DNA of 59,718 bases, the filler included, from Catajapyx aquilonaris (Eukaryota), in the NCBI GenBank assembly GCA_000934665.2. It is 2 parts of 2 records of this genome, joined end to end, with 100 filler letters (N's around TTAATTAATTAA, not from the genome) between each part and the next. Parts side by side here need not be neighbours in the genome. Positions count along the whole stretch, not along the records: positions 29,921 to 59,718 come from JYFJ02004736.1; 1 more part is not named here. One strand, 5' to 3'. Made by a program: the position numbers and the translations under genes. Below are positions 49,401 to 59,718 of this stretch, one piece after another. The notes below the pieces were generated by a model, which did not search any database, was not told the origin of the DNA, and worked only from the letters and a program-made list of their open reading frames with translations. Every line of letters begins with the position of its first letter. Position 1 is the first letter of the stretch.

Positions 49401-52400
49401 GCCAAAAAAAAGGTGGATGGGTCGGAGTTGAAGGATGGAATACGAAGATCCGGAGCAGTGTTAGGAATGCTGGTGATGTCTGGCTGCTGGAATGGACGTC
49501 ACTTGAGCGATCGGACCTTGAGAGAACTGAAGGCCAAAATTGATCCCGCCCCAGTTAATGGCCTTTGAAACAGTCTCGGATAGTACAGGGTGCTGCTCGA
49601 TTATGTAAGTACAGAGACACATAAAATGATCTCCCGCAGGGCCATAACTGTGCACCCGGGCCAAGCTCACATGCCCAACAAAATGCGCTGGAAATGGGCT
49701 CACATCGTTAACCCAAACATGTGTGTGATCGGGCATTTGCAGAGTCGATGTACACAACCCGGAACGTAATTAATTTGGCAGCACGATGACTATTTTTCGG
49801 CCGGATTTGTTTAGCATTCATTAATTAGCCGGCGCTATTATAATGTTAATGAATCGCGGGGGTGTTGGGCGGTTTTTAGTTGGAAGTAAAAAAAATCACC
49901 ATGGATTTTTTTGGGATGATGGATAGAACTTGACGATCAAGATTCTATGCTGAGTTTTCAATGCCAAGAATAACGGGCGTAAAGCTGGAATCCTCCTCTT
50001 TTTGGCCGCAATCCTCTCGTCCGTTTCACATTTTGGAGTCGTCTGAAAGGAAGATAATCAACCCAGGGTTCCTCGATCGAAAAGGAGCTTTATGAATACC
50101 CCTACCCGTCTTGAGACTGCCGTCAGTCACTCAGAAAAGCTGGGGGAGTCCCGGGTCAATAGCTCGAGTCTCAAGCGAAACTTCAATTACTCCCTTCACG
50201 TGAGCTTTGACTGGAATGAAAGCCGGCATTAACATGAGAACTGGAGTTTGCTGCGACCGATTATGCAAATTGAACATGGAGAAGGAAACCGAATCGAAGT
50301 TTGGGTTACCAGGATTATCAACGAGACAAACCGGGTGGGGCACAGGTCCTCGGTGGCTAACTGGATTAAAACCACACGCGTCGAAGATAATTACGATATA
50401 CGTGCAAAGAGAGTCGATTTTACTGGGGTGTGGGGGAAAAAATGGTGTGGGTTCTATGGTAAGGCAAAGTTTTGGGGGGTTTTCTCCTTAGGGAAATCCA
50501 GCAAGGCCGCAGAGTGACATGGCAAATATGGAGTGGTGGCCAGAGTCGTCCTCCAGGGGTTTTCGAGTCTTGGACCGCAGTTTCCGGGGCTACCTCCGTT
50601 TCTCAGATGCGGGGGACATGCTTACCGACGCTCACGTCGGACTGGCATCTACTTTGCCGCCGCATGGAGACACACAAATGGCCAGGAGGAAGACACCGCA
50701 ACTTTATGTCCTCCACCGAAAAAGGCTCCCCGGGCGGAGAAACCTATAGATTGTTACATGCAGAATTTAGGGCGCTCAATATGGACCAAGTCTGTGTCAG
50801 TGTTCAGGGTTGCTTATTTCAAACAGTTGCTTAAATATGAACAGCATGGGCCTATAATATTAGATGAAGTTGACCCATAATTGTATTGCCTGGAAGTTTA
50901 TTAAATCATTGTCGTCCAATCGAATATTCACAGCAATTGAAAGCTAGGATAGATTTTTTTTTTTTGAAATATCAGCAGCTGATATTGATAACCATTAAAA
51001 GTAACTATTCAAAAAGACTGTGTCTACTAAAAATAAGCAGCTTGGTGGCAAGCTACATAGTATAGAACATGCTGCATTATGTGTTGGTTGTTTTCTTGGG
51101 GGAGCGAAATCAATTGATGAAGCGATTATGAACTCACTTCTTATGCGTAAAGACATCAATTATAACGCTTGGGATACTGACAGCTTGATATGACCTGGCA
51201 GTATAGCTGTCAAGGCATACCTGATAGACCCTGCATTATTAATCGCGTGAGAAGCACGAAAGGGCCTAATTGCAAATATAGCGCGTAATGGGACGTACAA
51301 TAGAGGACATTTTTTGTACTTGAAAATATACTTCATTTGGGCGTGCATTTCGTGCATCATGAGTATCTAGTACAATATATGGCCAGCAATATTACTTATA
51401 TATAATGATGCGTGAGGTAGTAAATTTTTCGTGGCGGAAATACCTGCGAGTAAGTGGTTGTATTAATGGTTGATATTGACTTTTCTTTGCTTGCTTCTAT
51501 AGTACACTTTGTTACTTTTATTTGCTTCCAAGACCCTCCCGTTATGCGGCACGCATTCTGCTAGAACATACTGCAGTATAGTTTCCATAAAAATTGCCCT
51601 GCGAAGGACACTGTTATATTACTTGGACGTAGGCCCAAGAAGATATTCAATACGCATGGGAAGCAATATATTGGAGTTTTTGCCTTTGTAATGTCTTAGC
51701 GGTTGTGCTGCATATAGCGCATTTGTTGACGTTTTGAAAAGCTGCGAATTCTCTCAAGATTCAAAAACTGAGCATCTTGACTGCTAAAGTGCTGCAAAAA
51801 GGCGGTTTTCAATTATTTTAATGCTAAGTCTTCCCCATTCGGAATAAAGCTATTCCCAAATGCCATCAAATGAACCCTCGCTTTGTCGCTGGATGGCATT
51901 TTCCAGGATCAAATCTGGAGGATACTTTGAAGTATAAACGCAAATGATTTCCACTTTACAGTCTCCCCCATAATCGATATAATGTCCACAGCGGTTTTAC
52001 GGGCCGCTGAACAAAAAGGCGCATTAAAGTTGTTCACACTTCAACTTTCTGGCTTTTTGTTCGGAATATTGAGCGGCTTAATTCGTTGCGAGGTCAGCCC
52101 TGCCGGCAATGCAATATGACATTTCAGCATTATTCAAGGATCATTAATAGCATTGAAAGGACCAAGTGAATGACTTTGTTTCGTAGGAGGCATTGTATAG
52201 AGACTGACATCAACGATGAACCCCCCAGAAGAATATTCATGCGATTCACGGCTTGTATATTCGCTTTCTTCGAACTTTCTTCATAACGCCGCAGAGTAGA
52301 TTCTCGCCGCAAAGTATCTTCGGCGTCAAGTTTCGCCATTCCGCTTCCAGAGGAACAAAGAAATTCCTGAGTTCCCTGTGTCGGAAGAGATTCCTGACAG

Positions 52401-55400
52401 AATTGCGTTCTCCTCCCGAGAGTAAATTGTGCGAATGCTATACCCGCAATGTATACCTTCTGGGCATCTATTCCGATGTCCTTTTAGCTTTCGACGCCGA
52501 CGATACGAGCAGCACCACGTTTCCATCTTTTTTGAAGTGCTTGGTAAATGCTTCATCGCTTCGAATGGCCCATCATTAAATCCTGGATAACGACTATAGT
52601 AATAGAACGTTTTCTTAGGAACCCACCCCCTCAGGGAGGTTCGTTTTCGTAATCGACTTCAGATCTGCTTTAATGTCCGGAAACGGCTCAGAAAAGTGTA
52701 TTACTTCTCCTCAAGGCCATTTCCCTAAAATTTCGTTACTTTTGGAAGTGACTGCCGCAAAAGGCGTTTTCGGCAGAACATTCGTAAACACCAGCGCACT
52801 GTAACACCGGAGAGAGTGCTGCATTTTCAGTAGACGGCAGCCAGAGAAAGAGAGCCCGAAGGAAACTTTCGCTCCCATTTTAATGGAAAAGCGCAACTTC
52901 TGGCATTTAAATGGCGAAAGCAGTCGAAGTAAAGTTAATTACTAGCGGGGGGGTTGCATAATTCGCGAACGCAAAAGGTCGGCGGAAATTTTCGCTCCGA
53001 GGTCCAACCGATTGGGCTCTCCATTCTTTACAGCGCGGGTTTTTGCCAACACGTCCCTTCCTCCAAAGGTCAAAAGCACATCCCGGAAGAGAGATGCACA
53101 GGCGTTGGACCTCCCCACAAAAAAGCTGGAAAGGAGGAAAAACGAGCGAGGCAGCCACAATGATAGGAAATTACTCAACGAAAATGTCACGCTTACAAGT
53201 CCGCACCAGTTTGTGCTCTGGCCAAAAAAGGGGGACATTCAGTGCAGTAAAAATGCATCATCTAAGCTTACTTCAAACGACCCACCATCATTTTTGGTGC
53301 CTGAATCGAATTGACCTACAAGCTTTTTGAACTCTCCTGTACAGGGTGCACTTCCCATGTTCAAAAAGATCTGCATGAATAATTTTGGGCAGTGCACAAC
53401 CCTGTACATTTTGGCCTCTCCCATTGTGCTGTGACAGGGTCAATATGATTCTCATCCACTGCCAAAGATCACTCCTGATGAGAGCCTGAGATTTTGCTAA
53501 AGGTCAAGGGCGCGCACTTGTTAGATTCATAATTGGCAGGAGAGGAGTGTAAAAATTAGCACGTCCGGTTCGTTAGCTGGAGAGTTCCCACGGATGAGTC
53601 TGGAAACGAGATTTGCGGGGATGTGAACAGCTCTTGACGAAGTCTGGGCTGAGGACCTCCCAACCAATTTTCCTTTCTGCCAAGGTTTCCCCCTCTCCAT
53701 TGGCCACTGCCTGCCTTTGGTCTGAGGGATCCTAACGAGTGCCCCGAAGCTCTAACAAGCCCCTGGCGATTTGTCAACGCCGACACAGGTCACGGCGAAC
53801 TGTGGCCCTGAGAAGGACCTCGTTTGGGTACAATTGGGTTATTATGTCAGACAAGGCTCGTCACTCTCCAAAAGTAGCTGGCTTGACATGGCCGGGTGTC
53901 TGCTAAGTACCTGTGTGCCACTTGAAGTGCTTGCAACACAAGCAACATTAACATACAGTCCAGATTTAGAAGGAGTCGTCATTACACGAATCTGCAAAAA
54001 TTGCTATTATAGCTGTCAGTCTCTCGTGATTGATTTTTTATAAATCTGTGACCATCCTGTAGTGATCTCATATGGTCAACCTCTGCTTTTCACATGGCTT
54101 CCCAATAATTGGGCCCTTTAAAGCCATGAAATAGTGCGGGTAGTGCTAGGATGGGAATGGTATTTGGCGCATGTCAATGGGTTTCTTTTGTGGGGGGAAA
54201 TGCTCTGCTAACACGTTTTTGATTTACACCCCGCGATTTACGAGAACGTAACTGGATCGTACAAAGAGGACATTTTGTGTTGGGATGGCCGTCGGAATGG
54301 CTACCCAAATGACTGAACTCTATAACTCTGCCGTGCAAATATGACTGCAGTGAAACACTGGTGTATTTCATCAAATCCTGGCCTAAGGTAGAATAGTGTG
54401 GACTCGATGAAAACGTATTTTTTCTCCCTCCCATGCATTGCCAAGTTTCTTGTGAATATCATTGCATTTGACGACGGACGCATGTTTTCCCAGTTTCATG
54501 AATACAAAAAGCTTATTTGAACTCATATATGGGTTTTTACAAGCCTGCTGCACCCTGCAAAATAGGCGGCTTATTTAGCCCTCGGTATGTCCCTGATGGG
54601 CTCAACTCAGGGCATCAGACCTGACGCTTGGGGGCGACGTTGAAATATTAAGCCCTGAAAAAAAAATCCCGAGCGGATGTACGAAAACACCAGATAAACC
54701 GGCCCAAACTCAACAGTATATCCGCTTCAATGGTGCAACATCATATTGGCATTTTAATGGATTTATTAGTGGCCTGTCCGCCTGGAAAAGTGCAGCACCG
54801 ACACCTTACATAACATTCAACTCAACAATCATCCGGACTGCACTATTGGACATTGAGATCGATTCTTCTCTTCTGACATTCTGCTGACACTCCAAAGATT
54901 CGTATCCATTGGATGTGGGCGGAAGAAAATGCAACTGTAACATTTTTGGGACTCTCTGCCCCCAAAAGTCTGTTAATCTCAGCATTAGGTAGAGAAGCAT
55001 ATTTACTTATTCGCGGCATGGAACGATGCCAGTGGGCTCATCTCATCTGGTGGAATTCGCATGGCTGCTGGAGTGGCAAGCCAAAAGTTTTGGCAAAGCA
55101 AGATATCTCTCTGCTTGGAAAGTCAGATGCGTGGATGAGACTTCCGTCTCAATTAAAGTTTTCTCGAGAAAGTTTTGGAATGACGAACCCAGGAAACGAC
55201 ACGAGGGAGCTGCCAATAATTAGCGCGAAAAATGTACGAATTTAAAACCGGCTGTTCAGTCCGTTGAATTCCGAGCGGATATTGCGTTTTTTGCGAGCTT
55301 TCTCCGCGCAATTTTAGCAACGTAAGTGCCCGATAATCTATTCGCAATTGGCATTCTCTCCGCCAGCCCGCCTTTGGTGTGTGTATTCCCAAGCCGAATT

Positions 55401-58400
55401 TCAGGTCCTGGCCTCGCTTCCGTGCCAATTCGATAGGTCGTTTTATCAACATCGAATAGGTGTCCGCCTCCCACTTTCGCAGACTGCCCACCTCCTTCCA
55501 AAAATCGAATATCGCGACATCTCCTTTCGCCAATTTGGACAGCGGGGGGTCCCCTACAATCAAGGAGGAATTGGGACCGGTCGTAAAATTTTCAGGACAA
55601 AAGGTCTCCTTTTCGAAGGCCCCTGGAGTTTAACTTATGAGGTTTTGGAAGCAACGTAATCACAGCGCGTGAGGTTGACTGCTAAAAAAACGCATTCCAG
55701 TTGACTGGGAGGTCGAAAAGAGATTGCGGTCAGTTCTGACGTGTTTTACGGACCGGAAACTTGATGTGGTTGCGGTTTTTTTTTTGCGTTGGGAGGCGAG
55801 AGATTTCGGTTTTATGCATAGATGGTACAGTACACATGCCAGAATTGGGCAGGACATGAGAGGGGAAAAAATAGGAGGGGAAAAAACAAGGGAATTGGAT
55901 GCACAATCAAGTTACTTTTCGATAAAGCGAAATTTTGAGCAAGAGGCAAACAGTTTTCTGGGTCGTTTTCTCAAAGAAAAACGCGTTTATAGTTCCAAGG
56001 GATGTGGAAAACCAACACTGCCAATATCATAGTGTGGTGTTAGAGTAACCACAGTATTACTGGTTAATGCACGAACTAGACGGGGTTCGATATGATCAAG
56101 TGCAGTAGTGTATGTCTGGGAATATTTTATGAAATCTGTGGGAAAGCTCATGAACTATACCGTTTCCCCATAGGTGCACGTTAATATTTTACTTCTGACC
56201 AACATATACAGCAGTTTCGGGGTAGTAATTTTCGGGAAGTACGCCGTGGTTACGTGCAAGGTATTACTGGATCTATATCCATAACATGAATAGATATAGC
56301 CGTATGTAGCCTATACCTGTATCAATATTACCTTGAGAATTTCACTGCATATTTTGCTTATGTTTCTATAATTATTACAGTGACAAACTTGCGCAAAACA
56401 TAGGTCTAAAAGTATGTTTTCATTACCATCAGCAAATAATAGCAGGGCACGAAATTTAATTGCATATGAATCTATGAATAATTACGAGCACGACCTCTTC
56501 AATAAGTATCTACTCTGTAATGCCCCCATAATTATAATTTCAGCCCAACCGAACAATATAAATTCGGATCCAAGTGCGGGTCTCATTAGCGAATGAAAAA
56601 ATAGGTACTAATTGCAGGCCAAATAATTAATCATTACATAGATTACATTCAGTCGGTTGCCTTCTCATTAGCCACAGGTATAAGGCACAAAACACTGCCC
56701 GGCTCCATAATCCTGAAGCTCGTTATATATCCTAATCTTCTGGAGACAAAAGGGATTGGACCAACCAAAGATAACTCGATTCCTGATGCTTTTCCATCTC
56801 CTGGTCCAGCGGCTTAATCGGACAGCACTTCCTTCCCGTCCAAGTGGCCATCTCGTATTTCAATAACTGGTGTCCGGAAACAAACCCCTTTCCCTGCAGG
56901 CGGGTAGAGCCAGTTTAATTATCGCTTTCTGGACTCTCCGGGAGTTGAGTCCACTTCACACGCGATGCTTTTCCGTGTACGGCTCAAAGTGGCTCGGACG
57001 TCCTTTTGTGCCGCTCAACTTATCTCAGATAACCAGCCCCTCTGCGTATATAGCAAGTCCCTTGTAGATTCGTATCTAACATGTTCGCCGGAAATTGCGA
57101 TATACGACCTTGACGTTTTTTGCGCTGCCATGTAATAATTGCGCGACATTTTGTCCAGTACATGAGACCAATTTCAAAAACTTCTGATGGGTGGTTTCAG
57201 TTACAAAAAAAAAAAATCGAATTCCGGCGGTCTTTTGGTTGTGCCTACGTGTGTTGAGCAGTCATTCAAATTCATATAAGTCGATCAAAAATGGATTTCG
57301 CTGGTATGTGTTGCATTTATAGGATTCTAGAGTAGTTAGTAAGTGTCCTGGTAATATTTTACACTCCCATTTCTACCCAGAGCTGAGAAATTCGACTTTC
57401 TAAAACGGACATATTCTGGGCGAGTTATACGGGTCGCGGGAGGCAAAGTGCCTGAAATCTGAGCTTTCATCCTGGATTATATGCCACCGCACCCTTGTAC
57501 CACGGCAAGTATGACCGACAGGTGCAAACTTCGCTGCAGAGAACAACACAAAAGTTTGGACCTGGGGTCGAACTCAGGACATCAGAAGCCGTGTCAAATA
57601 TTCCAAAATTAGCTGCCATCTGCTGTTTAGTGAGCGAACTTGGCGCGACTCCTTTGACGATTAGGGAAAGATTTTGGGCGACGGATCCGAGGTGCTGGAG
57701 GGGCCAAATGAGTCCGCAAATTAACGCGCCAATTGCCGCTTATTAAGGCTTTACGAGCGGCAATTATATGCTGCCATATAGCTACAGGGCGAGTGGTCCA
57801 AACTGTTATGCGGAACAGCTTATTTCCATACAGATGGAAAGAGCATCTGGATGGAGCTAAGAAAATGGAAGTCGGGGGAAAAACTTTTCGAGGACATATC
57901 CTGGGGGACAAGACGAGGGCTTGGCATTTGCATATATTTGCTGGGGTCCGGCTTGAGAGACCACCGAAATGCGGCCGGAGGCAATCATGTCGCGCACTCC
58001 ATTATTGCTATCGTTAATAAATGAAGGCGCAGCCTGTCCGTATAATGGAATCTCCGAACATGTACACATTATATAAGCAGCAGGTCATGACCTTTCATAC
58101 TTCGAGGCAAAAAGAGCAGTTTTGCAAAATGCCAATTACGTATTCAGGCATTTATATTTAAGAGGGTGTTCATATTCCGTCTACATCATATCTGATAGGC
58201 AATTATTGGAAATGTACGCTGGAAGCACTGCTCATTAGTGCTTACTATTGGATATATCAGGTATCGAACGGAAAATTTTGTGGCTCCAGAATAATTTCAA
58301 TATCCTAATCTCTTCAACAGACGATGGCGGTAATGTGTGCAAAAAAAGAGCAGTATTTTGGACCCACTCCTGTTTCAAGAACCAGACTTGGCTTCACATT

Positions 58401-59718
58401 ATCGGATTAGTTCACGTGATAATAACATTACTACGTCGGGGCCCTAGAACAAACTCGGCCGTATTTTTCTACCCATTTTGCTTCGTCACAAGTTATTGGC
58501 CGACTCCGCCCGTAACTTGCGATAAAGTTATTGATTGGAGACAAGCCGCGGGGCGGTAGTGACACCCGAGAAATTGATTTAACACCGAGTGATGAACGAA
58601 CTTGGCCCAAGAAGAAAAGGATAGAACTATACAAAAACCTGGCCCATTTTTGGACCTCAGTATTATAGCCATGTAATGAACAATGTTCAAGTGGGCAATT
58701 GACCTTTTTTATTCGCACGTCCGGTCCGCTTATCTGGCGACACAACACTGTGGTAATGGCAGTCAAGTGCGGGGTAATGGATTCTCACGAAAAAAGGGTC
58801 GATGTGATGCTGCAGAGCAACAAAGTTAGGGCCATGCTTAATGGTTTCGGTGTGGACCATCCAAAGTAGGGTGTAAGCTGAGTGGTGTCCTTTGCTTGCT
58901 AGTGGAAGGAGATAGCAGCAGCTTTTGAGAGGATTTCGAGGGCTCTTGATGACGTTTCGGAGCGTGCGAGCCGCGGGTTTTAAGTGACTTCCGAAGACAA
59001 GTTACATTGTTGTACTGTCCTGGACAAGATGTAGGCTCTTACTTGGTGGTGGCAGAGGAAACTTGCCATACTGTATTTTGAAAATGTCTTCCCGTAAGTC
59101 TACGTATAGCAGGAGTTCAACTTTCCACGCAGAGCCAGCAAACTCAAAGCAATAAGCAATTGAATTGGCAATCTTCTTGAGCAAAAATAGTATTTTCCGG
59201 AAGCAAATCCCTCACGTGTGACAGTCCTTGAGCTGATCTGACGCGTCCTTGCCGTGCCTACGTAATGCTGAGAGAAGCACTCTGGAGACTGTGGGAGGAT
59301 GTCAGCGATTCCTACAAACAGAAAAGCTCCTTCATGTCTTTCCCCAGCAGCACAAAACGAGGCCAGGAAAAAGAGTGTCACCGGGACGTTGGAAGACGTC
59401 TACAGCTCGCTTATCGGGATCCTTAGAACAAACTGTTCCTCTGCTAATTAACGAGCCCCCGGAATTGGTCTTTTAATGGGGAGGCTGCACCGTTGGGTTG
59501 GGGGAAAAAACGAAATGTCTTGAGGGAACATGGGCTGGTCCCTGGAGGTTAGCGGGTCTCATCAAGGTGCCTGCTCACTTGAGGAGCGTTGCAACAACAC
59601 CCGGTATAATATGTAAGAGTCGGGTTTGCTGGCAGGTACGCTGCTGAGAGCAAATGTTTACACGGGTGGAGACCCCGTTGGCTTACTGTCAACGCCCGGG
59701 GCTTACTCTGCACAGGCC

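Noticed and set aside
35000..59718. Numerous 60-150 aa ORFs on both strands
   Set aside because: No domains, many use non-ATG starts, and they overlap randomly, as expected for intronic or intergenic DNA.

Overview
Eukaryotic, most likely arthropod, genomic DNA: it has spliced genes, tRNA-derived SINEs and a (TTAGG)n array. The window has three zones. (1) 1-18.3 kb is dense with partly nested transposon remnants: SINEs, an RTE-like LINE fragment, pogo, Tc1, piggyBac and hAT elements, Helitron-like elements and a 500-bp local duplication. (2) About 18.9-28.5 kb is a transposon-poor, minus-strand quiver/sleepless (qvr/sss) Ly6 gene, with three coding exons rebuilt by hand into a 143-aa protein. 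(3) After an artificial N44-TTAATTAATTAA-N44 linker at 29821-29920 come about 30 kb of mostly non-coding DNA with one plus-strand exon of an RGS7-binding protein (R7BP)-like gene. I found no convincing new multi-gene system. The best leads are regulatory features of qvr (a candidate exon-intron duplex for ADAR editing with a competing intronic partner, and a stop-start-overlapping uORF) and a TIR element carrying telomeric repeats inside a (GT)n tract. Family assignments come from remembered sequences and terminal signatures, not database searches.
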